Positions 18,658 to 27,156 of a stretch of 54,767 bases of DNA are shown here, piece after piece. The notes beneath the pieces are model-generated. The model was not told where the DNA came from, made no database searches, and saw only the letters and a program-made list of their open reading frames with translations. Made by a program: the position numbers and the translations under genes. The first letter of the stretch is position 1. Every line of letters begins with the position of its first letter. This DNA is from a virus. Its lineage: Duplodnaviria; Caudoviricetes. The DNA lies in IMG/VR virus record IMGVR_UViG_3300020042_011315, positions 1 to 54,767 of that record. The stretch is one strand, 5' to 3'.

Positions 18658-19055
18658 ATGAATGCACGTCGTCTGCTTACTGTCGCGGTCTTTTGTTTAC
18701 TCCCTCTCTCTTCTTTCGCGGCTAATCCTTGTAATTGCATTGGGGACGCTAGACCAGCGGCCCTTGCGACGCGCGTCCTGGTGGAGCAGCAGATGCACGT
18801 CCAGGTGGCCCAGCAGATGCACGTCCAGGTGGAGCGTTCGACGCACGCCCAGGTGGGGCACGTGATTCTCGCCCTGGGGGTCCTGCAGATGCTCGCCCCG
18901 GGGGCGCACTTGATGCACGGCCCGGTAGTCCAGCCGATTCTCGCCCTGGTGGCCCCGCAGACGCTAGCCCCGGTGGTGCATGTGACGCAAGACCCGGTGG
19001 GCCATGTGATTCGCGTCCAGGCGGAGGATGGGACTGTCCGGCCGTATGTAGATAA
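18658..19055 (+). pseudogene. Frameshifted secreted DARPGG-repeat protein
   Basis: Signal peptide, then a 1-nt deletion near 18757. The shifted frame gives 12 D(A/S)RPGGxx repeats ending WDCPAVCR-stop just before the next RBS. Confidence 0.75.
18745..19032 (+). repeat. 24-bp degenerate coding tandem repeat (12 units)
   Basis: GAYGCNCGNCCNGGNGGN-type units; locally GC-rich within an AT-rich island. Confidence 0.85.
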
Positions 19056-19070
19056 AAAGGAGTTAAATAC

Positions 19071-19391
19071 ATGAAAAACAAACTTTTTCTCATACTTATG
19101 CTTAACTGTTGTTTTTGTTTACCAGCATTTAGCCAAGTTACTAATATTGGAAATTCCGATTGTGGTGAGTGGGTAGCAACCTCAAAGACGAATCCTGCTA
19201 TGAGGGCTTGGCTTCTTGGATTTATGAGTGGTGTCAACGCTGGACTTTCCAATCCAAAAAATGACCGACTTTCGAAGATAAATTCTGCCGCACAAATCTT
19301 TTTGTGGATGGATAACTATTGTGCAAAAAATCCCCTTAAAAGTGTTCACGAAGGTGGCAATGAGTTGTTTCGCGAGTTGGGAAAAAATTGA
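19071..19391 (+). CDS. Secreted small disulfide helical protein (HdeA/Rap1a-like)
   Basis: Signal peptide; CGEW...AWLLGFMSG...WMDNYCAKNPL pattern; AAGGAG RBS. Confidence 0.7.
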   Translation: MKNKLFLILMLNCCFCLPAFSQVTNIGNSDCGEWVATSKTNPAMRAWLLGFMSGVNAGLSNPKNDRLSKINSAAQIFLWMDNYCAKNPLKSVHEGGNELFRELGKN

Positions 19392-19538
19392 CACGAATAA
19401 TCGGTCTAGTGCAAGGTCAAGGTCAAACAGCACAAAGCTAGGTACCCAATTTGTAAATCGGATGGTATGTTTGTCAGTGATTTGTGGTTAGATGTGCAAA
19501 CCGCTTAGTACGGTGAGTCCCTAGACAGAAGGAAAACT

Positions 19539-19934
19539 ATGTCACGTAAAAATCTTTACTTTTTATTACTTGTTGCAATCGGCGTTTCAAGTTGCGCCCC
19601 AATGCCATTGAGCACTGCTGAGATGTCTTCTAAGCCAACAGGGGTACTTTGTGCAATTTATTCAACACAGAGTCATCCAAACTACTACGATAACCGCATT
19701 AAAAATACCTTAGCGGCTCGCGGTCAAGATGAATGTACGACTCCACAAGGCATGGCAAATCAACGTGCTTTAGCCGCACAAGAATTTCAGCAGTCGATGC
19801 AGATGCTGCAGTACAGCAACCAACTTATGCAAATGGGGCAGCCCAGAGTTTTGGCCCCACCCACCCCGCCATCCCAACCAATTAACTGCGTTAGCAGGGC
19901 CCAAGGAAGTCAAGTAGTTACTAATTGCAATTAA
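19539..19934 (+). CDS. Lipoprotein
   Basis: Lipobox VSSC; Q-rich helix; C-terminal INC.S...VTNCN motif. Confidence 0.75.
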   Translation: MSRKNLYFLLLVAIGVSSCAPMPLSTAEMSSKPTGVLCAIYSTQSHPNYYDNRIKNTLAARGQDECTTPQGMANQRALAAQEFQQSMQMLQYSNQLMQMGQPRVLAPPTPPSQPINCVSRAQGSQVVTNCN

Positions 19935-19986
19935 CTGATAATTTTTTTAGTAAAAACTTTGGCAAAAACATTAGTGCATCAATGAA

Positions 19987-20439
19987 ATGACAAAAACAAT
20001 TGAGATACCGCTGAATAAATGGAGTGCTGCAATTGACAGTGCCGGCAGTGAACTACTGTTTGAGGGTCCTACACAAATTAAGGCAAATGGCGATCAACTA
20101 CTTGCAAGATTCGTTGACCGCTTAAATTCCACGATAGTAATATCAGTTAAAAACACCCATCACGACGAAAGCACTTACGAAATTAATATTGGAAAAGATA
20201 TACAACCAGTTTCAAAAGTCCAGATTTATTGCGAACACTATCAACTTACCCATCTCTATCAATTGATTCAACAGTCCAACATAAGGTATCCGGAATTAAA
20301 GCAAGGTATGTGTCTAAGGCTTGTTTTAAAAGAGAGTCTATCGGCACCAATAAAAAACACCTTTAAGATTGATTATTGGTTAATTGTTTCAGATAGCTTT
20401 TTAGATAATGATCTCTACACAGAGGATTCAGATGTTTAG
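19987..20439 (+). CDS. Hypothetical protein
   Basis: 150-aa ORF in a co-oriented array. Confidence 0.65.
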   Translation: MTKTIEIPLNKWSAAIDSAGSELLFEGPTQIKANGDQLLARFVDRLNSTIVISVKNTHHDESTYEINIGKDIQPVSKVQIYCEHYQLTHLYQLIQQSNIRYPELKQGMCLRLVLKESLSAPIKNTFKIDYWLIVSDSFLDNDLYTEDSDV

Positions 20440-21082
20440 ATTCATAGCAGATGCAGCACAATATTTTTTCTATCGATCAAATAGATCAGGTTCGTCGTCT
20501 GGATCTAAAGTAAATATTTTTGAAGGATTCAGAAGAATAGCAAAAATTATCGCAATCATTTGGGTAGTAGCGTTTGCCATAGCTGGATATATTGCTGAGC
20601 CCTATACGAGAAACTACTACCTTATTGAAGCACCAGGAATACAAGCAGTGAAAATGGGGGCTGATAGTTTTTGCCCGCCTGAATCTGTGCAAGAAACATT
20701 TGATAGAACAACAAACTCTGGTAAGTCAATTTCAATCACCTTGTGTTTTAAATCTTTTTTGGAAAATAATCGTCAATTAATTCCTTTTAAAAGAGATGAA
20801 AAAACGCAAGAAGTTTGGATGAATGCCCCATATGCCGATGAAGTTACTGCTTATAAAGAAAGAGTAGTTAAGAATTTTAAAATACCTGAGGCTGACCAAT
20901 CAGCCCTTACATCCGGATATTGGTCTGAGTTGATAAAAAAATGGGCTGAAGGCTTCTTTATGATGGCTGGAGGGCTTTTCGCTTTTTGGATTTTTTGTTG
21001 GTGTGTTGGCTATATAGTTCGTGGCTTTTTAGGCGTACCTCAAGGAAGTGATTCCACATTAGAAGAACCCCCAAATGCTTAA
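20432..21082 (+). CDS. Membrane protein with periplasmic disulfide loop
   Basis: N..EGFRRI N-terminal TM and C-terminal GYIVRGFLGVP TM; two Cys in the loop. Confidence 0.75.
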   Translation: MFRFIADAAQYFFYRSNRSGSSSGSKVNIFEGFRRIAKIIAIIWVVAFAIAGYIAEPYTRNYYLIEAPGIQAVKMGADSFCPPESVQETFDRTTNSGKSISITLCFKSFLENNRQLIPFKRDEKTQEVWMNAPYADEVTAYKERVVKNFKIPEADQSALTSGYWSELIKKWAEGFFMMAGGLFAFWIFCWCVGYIVRGFLGVPQGSDSTLEEPPNA

Positions 21083-21647
21083 GCTATTTTTTAATTCCAG
21101 TTTTGTACGATTTATGCTGGCTATAGCTGCCACTTTAGTTAGCTGTTTTTTTATTTATGGAATTGCACTATTCTTTAAACTATCAAATGACTTATCTGCA
21201 ATTCTAATTTTGTTGATGTTGACGTTCTCGCTTTGGATCACTTTACCGCTTGCTGCAAATTGGACTGAATTAATTGCACCAAAGGAATCGACATTTAAAA
21301 ATGCCATAAAAATAATAGCTGATTCCTATACAACTGGTGGAATTGTCGTGTGCGTAATTTTTTTAGAAGCTCTTAATTATTTATTTTTTGCACTTGTGAT
21401 ATCACCTGTAATTTATCTATTTGCCAGATTTGGATATGGTGGATTGCAATGGCTTAAAGAAGGTGTTTGGTATGAATACACACCGTGTATTACCTTCGAA
21501 ATTTATTGCGAAGCACATACAAAGTGGGTTGGGTTGAACAAAGTTTTGTTATGGCTTGGAGAATCGGATTTAATTTATCCAGTGCTTGCTATTTCTATGG
21601 TTAGTTTATTTTTATTTATTCAGACAGATAACTTTAAAAAACATTAA
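21075..21647 (+). CDS. Multi-TM membrane protein, paralogue of 24321-24929
   Basis: Hydrophobic helices; GGL.WLK.G...C.....C...T.WVG..K.L.WLG.SD motif. Confidence 0.75.
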   Translation: MLKLFFNSSFVRFMLAIAATLVSCFFIYGIALFFKLSNDLSAILILLMLTFSLWITLPLAANWTELIAPKESTFKNAIKIIADSYTTGGIVVCVIFLEALNYLFFALVISPVIYLFARFGYGGLQWLKEGVWYEYTPCITFEIYCEAHTKWVGLNKVLLWLGESDLIYPVLAISMVSLFLFIQTDNFKKH

Positions 21648-21649
21648 AA

Positions 21650-21964
21650 ATGCAAACTTATAAAGCACAAATTGTCAGAAAAATCTTTGATGGAAGAGAT
21701 TTTAAAAGTTCGAAAATCATGGCTTCGACAATGATAGAAATAGAACTACCCTTCGCTCCATTTCAAGGATTAAACATTGCAATAATTTACCCAGAAGAAA
21801 TTAAATCTGTACTGTGGAAACCAACAGAAAAACAATTCGCGTGCTTTTTAGAAGACTGCTATTTTGCTTCTACTGTTATGAATTCAATGACGCTTGAAGA
21901 AAGAATTGAAGAAGATATTTCTAACGGATATAAATTGCTTTTTAAACAAGATTTACCAAATTGA
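21650..21964 (+). CDS. Hypothetical protein
   Basis: 104-aa ORF; IELPFAPF motif. Confidence 0.65.
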   Translation: MQTYKAQIVRKIFDGRDFKSSKIMASTMIEIELPFAPFQGLNIAIIYPEEIKSVLWKPTEKQFACFLEDCYFASTVMNSMTLEERIEEDISNGYKLLFKQDLPN

Positions 21965-22009
21965 TCGGCACTCCAAGTATCACACTCATTTATTTAATTT
22001 TGGTTTCTA

Positions 22010-22483
22010 ATGCTGTTTAAGAATATTTTTACCATCTTTTTGTTAGCTATTAGCTTTAATGTTTTTTCCGTATCAAATCAAGAGTTAATGGACAGACTTG
22101 ATGACATTGAATTAGATATTGAATTAGCTCGACAACAGCGCGAATTCGACAGGCTCATGGATGACTACACGAGGATGATGACGCAGCCTCGTCCTTATGT
22201 TCAACCCAATACTCAAGGCAGTTCTAAAAGCAATAGGCTACTAAATATTTGTTATGTTTATTGGGATGGTTCTCGTTTCAAATTAGGTGAAACAAGCGCA
22301 AATAGTGGCTATACGGTTATAAAGAATGGGAATGATTTAAGTATTGCACTGCCTAAATCTCTCGTAAGTTCGCTTAAAGTCAATCTCGGCGTTGGTGAAA
22401 AAGTAAACTCTAAAACATTTTTAGACTTTATGGGGCGTCATTGGGGGCAAATTGAAAATTTGTGCCAAAGAGAATTTAAATGA
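22010..22483 (+). CDS. Secreted protein, constant-N/variable-C paralogue 1
   Basis: Signal peptide; shares about 53 aa with the next gene. Confidence 0.75.
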   Translation: MLFKNIFTIFLLAISFNVFSVSNQELMDRLDDIELDIELARQQREFDRLMDDYTRMMTQPRPYVQPNTQGSSKSNRLLNICYVYWDGSRFKLGETSANSGYTVIKNGNDLSIALPKSLVSSLKVNLGVGEKVNSKTFLDFMGRHWGQIENLCQREFK

Positions 22484-22701
22484 AGTCACTAGTCGTTAGC
22501 TTGTTTTTCTTAGGTGCCATTTTCACTTCGCATGCTGTTACGAACCAAGAGCTAATGGACAGACTTGATGACATTGAATTAGATATTGAATTAGCTCGAC
22601 AACAGCGCGAATTTGACAGGCTCATGGATGACTACACGAGGATGATGACGCAACCTCGTCCTTATGTCCAACCTGATGCACAAAGCAGTTCTAAAAGCAA
22701 T
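22076..22701 (+). repeat. About 159-bp direct repeat (22076-22234 and 22543-22701)
   Basis: Near-identical DNA at a 467-bp offset. Confidence 0.9.
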
Positions 22702-22968
22702 GTGAAAAAAACTGAGGGCAACTATAAAAAACTCAGTGATGGGGAAGTTATAAGATGGATGGGTGATAAGGAGTGCTATGCGTCATGGAACAAAGAGCTT
22801 AAGCTAATTACAGGCCCCATGAATAGCAATAAATTTAAAGAAATAATACAACTTGATTCTTTGATTGCGATTATCTATTTTCCAAATAATTTCACAGAAT
22901 CAAGTATTAAAGCGCTTCTTAATAAAGAGGGATTTTTTAAGTTAAAGAGTCTTTGCGCCAACAGATAA
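22480..22968 (+). CDS. Secreted protein, constant-N/variable-C paralogue 2
   Basis: Signal peptide; near-identical NQELMDRLDD...QPRPYVQP segment. Confidence 0.75.
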   Translation: MKSLVVSLFFLGAIFTSHAVTNQELMDRLDDIELDIELARQQREFDRLMDDYTRMMTQPRPYVQPDAQSSSKSNVKKTEGNYKKLSDGEVIRWMGDKECYASWNKELKLITGPMNSNKFKEIIQLDSLIAIIYFPNNFTESSIKALLNKEGFFKLKSLCANR

Positions 22969-23078
22969 TTTTAAAATACAGCTTTTGCTGGAGACTTACA
23001 AGCGCAACCCAAAAGAAGCACGGCTTAGAGAGTACGACCCGTTTGAGAGTATTCGCTAGTTCTTAACTCCATACCTTG

Positions 23079-23247
23079 TTGTGATGAACAAACTTTTAAG
23101 ATATAGTTGATTTTGTTCATCAAGAGAGGGCTGACGCCCCGCCAACCTGCAGTTTGAGCAAGGTGGTTATTCCGCAAGGAAGATGTGGCTGATACAGCAA
23201 CTTCAAGCGTCACCCTCCATGGCTTACACCTTGGAGGTTTTTTTATG
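23079..23247 (+). promoter_or_regulatory. Promoter with operator-like inverted repeat and structured leader RNA
   Basis: TTGTGA-N17-TATAGT; TGATGAACAAA/TTTGTTCATCA inverted repeat; closing stem GAGGGCTGACGC/GCGTCACCCTC; hairpin over the GGAGG RBS followed by T7 and ATG. Confidence 0.55.
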
Positions 23248-23598
23248 TCTGCAGTTATTCTTGAACTATCAAAGTATCGTAGCTTGCTTGCCCATGTAGA
23301 GCGCATCAGGCGTCCAAGGAAGAAGCTCTACTTCCTAGGCGTACATTCTTATAGCGGTATGCTGGGCAGTTCTTGGACTACAAAGTATTGGATCAAAAGG
23401 GTCGGTGGTGGACATCAGTGGGAGCTTTACTGCACTGCAGAAGGATACGGTAGACAGAAAGTCCTCTACGGCGTATTTACCCGTGTCGAACTGATCAAAT
23501 ATTTTGAAGAAGTACAGTTTGATTTAGATGATGATTTCTTTGAGGCACTGGGGATCCCTCTTGGCGAGTCAATCTTTAATCTTGACGAATATCGCTAG
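23245..23598 (+). CDS. Hypothetical cytoplasmic protein (117 aa)
   Basis: GGAGG RBS and ATG at 23245. Confidence 0.7.
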   Translation: MSAVILELSKYRSLLAHVERIRRPRKKLYFLGVHSYSGMLGSSWTTKYWIKRVGGGHQWELYCTAEGYGRQKVLYGVFTRVELIKYFEEVQFDLDDDFFEALGIPLGESIFNLDEYR

Positions 23599-23658
23599 AG
23601 TAAGTCTAAGACACTTTCTAGAATAACATTGCTCTACAAACGAACTGAGAATATTTAA

Positions 23659-24123
23659 GTGCAAAATAAATCCACGTCTAAAGCTCAGCTAATTGGTGTT
23701 TCATTATTTGTAATTATTTTTGCGACAGTTGCTATCAGAAGCTACGGCTGGATACTTGCGTATTTCAACATTAGAGGTTACCTCTTTCTATTCATAGCGG
23801 GGTACGCGGCATACAGAGTTGCAAAGAAATTTGATGCTTATATTAATGAGAGCTATAAAAAAAGAAGTCGTATTCGGTTTTTAAGGCCGGTAGTTGCGGG
23901 TAGTGTTTTTGTGGCGCTGTTTTACTTTACGTTTTTTCTTCAAACGGACAAATTACTAATCGCTCGGCTTAGCGGAATTCCTATTGAAGCGTTAAACCCA
24001 TGCCAAAATTTACCATTAAGTCCAGAGGTAGAGAAGATAGCAAGAGGTATTTTTAAGTTGAGAGATATAGATTACTTTGATGACCGCTATTGCAATGTAC
24101 ACGACTCAAACGACTTTCAATAA
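23659..24123 (+). CDS. 3-TM membrane protein
   Basis: Three hydrophobic segments; C-terminal Cys pair. Confidence 0.7.
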   Translation: MQNKSTSKAQLIGVSLFVIIFATVAIRSYGWILAYFNIRGYLFLFIAGYAAYRVAKKFDAYINESYKKRSRIRFLRPVVAGSVFVALFYFTFFLQTDKLLIARLSGIPIEALNPCQNLPLSPEVEKIARGIFKLRDIDYFDDRYCNVHDSNDFQ

Positions 24124-24136
24124 CAGTCATAAATAG

Positions 24137-24292
24137 CTAACTACCTTGGTACCAATGTCTTAATTCGTGCGGGGCAAATATAAATACAAGCGGGATGCAT
24201 AGGGCTGCGCCCAGTATCCATCTAGATATTGGAAATCGTTTTAAAACATAAAGCAGCACAACAGCAGCTATAAATCCCAATATCAGTCGCAT
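24137..24292 (-). CDS. 51-aa 2-TM micro-protein
   Basis: MRLILGFIAAVVLLYVLKRFPISRWILGAALCIPLVFIFAPHELRHWYQGS; not in the ORF track. Confidence 0.5.
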   Translation of the reverse strand: MRLILGFIAAVVLLYVLKRFPISRWILGAALCIPLVFIFAPHELRHWYQGS

Positions 24293-24320
24293 TCATCACT
24301 TTAAAGATATTTCTAGCTTT

Positions 24321-24929
24321 TCACTCTAGTTTGTTTTCAGAAAATTTCATAAAGAAAACGCCAAGAAGCATAACGCCAGATAATGAATTTAAGGCATCGC
24401 TAGAGCCTAGCCAATTCAATAACTTATCAATGCCAACCCATCCAGTATCGTTGTAACAAAACAGCTCGAGTAATTGGCAACTAGAACTCTCTACTGAGGC
24501 GCCTGTTTTTAACCATACTAAACCACCCCAAATAAGTCTGATAACGACATAAAGTATTAGCTGTGCAATTAAAGCTATACCCGTTCCATGTAATGTTCGA
24601 TAAAACCTTGTCTCAATAAACTTCCAGCTTATTTTGAAGTCTTCACGGGTTCCTAACCAATCATCATTTTTTTGATTTATTTCATCATTCCAGTCTTGAG
24701 CTAAGCTTAATAGAAAACATATACTGAAAAGCGCTGGTCCTATGCAAAAAGCAACAATACTAAATGTTGAATTATTTAGATGAAAAAAGTCTATCGTTTC
24801 TATGCCAAAGAATACAACGCCAATAGAAATCACAAATGCCGAAATTATTCTTGCTGCATTTAAAAAGGTGACTATTAGTGGACGTTCTTGCATGATCAAA
24901 TCATTATAGGTAGACACCTCAAATAACAT
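24321..24929 (-). CDS. Multi-TM membrane protein, paralogue of 21075-21647
   Basis: Shared C-terminal motif; hydrophobic helices. Confidence 0.75.
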   Translation of the reverse strand: MLFEVSTYNDLIMQERPLIVTFLNAARIISAFVISIGVVFFGIETIDFFHLNNSTFSIVAFCIGPALFSICFLLSLAQDWNDEINQKNDDWLGTREDFKISWKFIETRFYRTLHGTGIALIAQLILYVVIRLIWGGLVWLKTGASVESSSCQLLELFCYNDTGWVGIDKLLNWLGSSDALNSLSGVMLLGVFFMKFSENKLE

Positions 24930-24956
24930 TTGCTAAATTAATTGGCACCCCTAACA

Positions 24957-25103
24957 TTACACGCCATAGCCTTCAGCCACGCGTCTAAATAAGACAGTGC
25001 TTTTGGGGTTGGTCATTAAATAGCTCTCCAGTCCAATCGCTTGGCGGTGCGAATCGTTCGCAGCCAAGGCGGGGTGAAGGAAGGAGTTAGGTAAAGCGCT
25101 CAT
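24957..25103 (-). pseudogene. Chimeric 48-aa ORF: truncated UmuD/LexA-like N-terminus fused to a copy of the giant gene's C-terminus
   Basis: ...IGLESYLMTNPKSTVLF|RRVAEGYGV*; SOS box abuts the ATG. Confidence 0.55.
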
Positions 25104-25122
25104 ACTGTATATTTGTACAGTA
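25103..25122. promoter_or_regulatory. LexA (SOS) box
   Basis: TACTGTATATTTGTACAGTA matches the beta/gammaproteobacterial consensus CTGT-N8-ACAG with TA flanks. Confidence 0.85.
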
Positions 25123-25199
25123 TATAAGCTTTCAATAAAAGGCGCAAGTTGGGTGGTTTTGGGTTAAGGTTGTAAACATTACTTATAGGGGAGACACCA

Positions 25200-25340
25200 T
25201 TGGAATACACCACCCTAATGACAGTTTTACTTGGAGCAGGAGCTGGCTTTGTTGCTTTATCCAGCTATCTCTTCCATTTGATAATTGACAGCAATCGTGA
25301 AATTAAGCAAAGCCGCAGCACCCCCTTGCCTATGGATTAG
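25200..25340 (+). CDS. 46-aa single-TM micro-protein
   Basis: GGGGAG RBS, TTG start; LMTVLLGAGAGFVALSSYLFHLII helix. Confidence 0.45.
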   Translation: MEYTTLMTVLLGAGAGFVALSSYLFHLIIDSNREIKQSRSTPLPMD

Positions 25341-25386
25341 GGTTTTAGGCACAATTTTTGGTAGAAATTAAAGGTAGGTCGATGGC

Positions 25387-25761
25387 ATGAAAAAATTGTT
25401 TCTTATCTGTCTGATGATGCTGGCTGGCTCTGCTTGGGCTGAATGGGTGATGTTTGAAGTTAACGAAAATTACCAATTTTTTTATGACCCAGCCACGATT
25501 CGTAAAGAGGGACAGATTCGTCGGGTTTGGAGGTTACAAAACTTGATGCAGCCTGGTAAAGAGGGCGAGATGTCGCGTCGGATGCGGCTTGAATACGACT
25601 GCAAGAGCGAGCGCCATAATCTTCTCTCCTACTCTTATCACTCCGAGCCTTTGGCTCGCGGCAAAGAACTTCATCGAGAGGCCGGATTGCCTGCGAGCTG
25701 GGCAGATATCCCCCCGGGCACTGTTGGTGAAACAATGCTAAAAATTGTCTGTGCCAAATAA
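25387..25761 (+). CDS. Secreted surface-adhesin E-like family protein
   Basis: SAWAEW...YDPATIRK.G..RRVW.LQ...EYDCK...W..IPPG...LKIVC pattern. Confidence 0.75.
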   Translation: MKKLFLICLMMLAGSAWAEWVMFEVNENYQFFYDPATIRKEGQIRRVWRLQNLMQPGKEGEMSRRMRLEYDCKSERHNLLSYSYHSEPLARGKELHREAGLPASWADIPPGTVGETMLKIVCAK

Positions 25762-25776
25762 CCTATCTAGTACGGA

Positions 25777-26643
25777 TTAATAAGCATATCTTTCACAGTA
25801 GCTAAGTACTTCATTAACAATACTTTTTCGCTTATCTTCTGCCATTTCAGAAACCTTTTTTAAAGAACCAAATTTATCAGAAATACGTTTTCCTTGACAA
25901 TAACATTGCGCTTCAATTTCGTAATTTGAATAGTTATTGGACGAAGTTGACATGTCCTTTGTACACTTGTTAGCAAAACCTATAGCTAGCAACTCCTTAG
26001 CACTAATAAGATTTTCTTTTTTAATACAGTAGTCAAGCGAAGCTTTAAGTTCAGGTTCAATTATTGACTTATCGCCTGTAGCGATTAATTTCTTAACTTT
26101 TTCAAAAGTTAACAACTCTAAAGATTTATTTGCCTCACAAGCACAAAGATTATCTTGTTTATTTTTTGATAAAATTTTATCAATTATGCCGTCGTATTTT
26201 CCAATAGAAAAACCGCCACGATTACAAGTCCCCATGAATCCTTTAATATATTCATCTTTGTAGGCGTTCATGCTTACTGTGTCGGCAGGCATGTCAGCTA
26301 TTATTGAATTAAGGTTCCATTTCCATTCACTAATTGCTTTTTTATCACAATAATTAGTCGCATCAGTTTTAGCTTTGTTAAAAATAGAAAAATCTTTAGT
26401 CAGTGTAAATTTAAATAAATCTTCATTAGTAATTAATACAGAAGCCTTGTTGGCATAGCAGGAGCAATACTGCACAATTTGAGAATCCGTTAAACTTTTA
26501 TACGCAACAGAGTCTCGCACATTTTTATAACATGCTTGTTTAGAAGAAACAATAAAAGCTTGCGTTTCTCCTTCACTCATAGGCGTTGCTATTGCGTAAT
26601 TTATGAAAAAACTATAAAAAGTTATCAATAAAAATTTAAGCAT
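25777..26643 (-). CDS. Secreted protein with three Cys-rich (C...CxC...YC) helical repeats
   Basis: Signal peptide; YCSCY, LCACE and QCYCQ units, each closed by YC. Confidence 0.75.
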   Translation of the reverse strand: MLKFLLITFYSFFINYAIATPMSEGETQAFIVSSKQACYKNVRDSVAYKSLTDSQIVQYCSCYANKASVLITNEDLFKFTLTKDFSIFNKAKTDATNYCDKKAISEWKWNLNSIIADMPADTVSMNAYKDEYIKGFMGTCNRGGFSIGKYDGIIDKILSKNKQDNLCACEANKSLELLTFEKVKKLIATGDKSIIEPELKASLDYCIKKENLISAKELLAIGFANKCTKDMSTSSNNYSNYEIEAQCYCQGKRISDKFGSLKKVSEMAEDKRKSIVNEVLSYCERYAY

Positions 26644-26655
26644 GATTATTCTTTA

Positions 26656-27156
26656 TTATTGAAATAAGCCTAAATTATTTGCTCTTTCAATTACTTCATT
26701 TTTAGAAGCCAAAGGCAACGAATCAATAGCCTTAAATACTAAAGTTTTGTAATCATCTGGACTTGAATTTTCTGGATATAAATATCCGTAAGTGTTAAGA
26801 ATTTCTTCTCCTAAAATCAATACCTCTTCGCCCTTGGTAATTCTTGAAATATTCATCACTCTTAAACTTTGTACAACAAGTTCACGAAATAAACTATCAA
26901 CAGATAGCCAATCAATTGCTGAAGTAAATTCAGCCTTTAAATCAAGATAGAAATGAGAATCAGAAACTTCTTTTCCAAATAAATAGTTTGTCCTAACAGC
27001 CATTATTTTATTTAATTCATCTTCGTCAGCATAATTATTTGACGCTTTTAATACAGAATTAATTTTATGAGCTGTAGTTAAATTTGCTAGATAAGCTAAC
27101 GCATCCATGGTTTTAAGAACTCTATTTTTCGATGCCTTTTTTAGCCAACCAAACAT
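26656..27156 (-). CDS. Hypothetical protein (MFGWLKK N-terminus)
   Basis: AGGAG RBS; 166-aa ORF. Confidence 0.75.
   Translation of the reverse strand: MFGWLKKASKNRVLKTMDALAYLANLTTAHKINSVLKASNNYADEDELNKIMAVRTNYLFGKEVSDSHFYLDLKAEFTSAIDWLSVDSLFRELVVQSLRVMNISRITKGEEVLILGEEILNTYGYLYPENSSPDDYKTLVFKAIDSLPLASKNEVIERANNLGLFQ

Noticed and set aside
18745-19032. CRISPR array
   Set aside because: Units are contiguous 24-bp codon-degenerate repeats without unique spacers. The only Cas-like gene is the usual phage DUF2800 nuclease.
844-19428. GGTCAAG(G)GTCAAAC shared between ~844-858 and ~19415-19428
   Set aside because: Short, gapped match with no extended similarity; compatible with chance.
22076-22701. 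DGR template/variable repeat pair
   Set aside because: No reverse transcriptase in the window; the differences are mostly synonymous and not adenine-specific.
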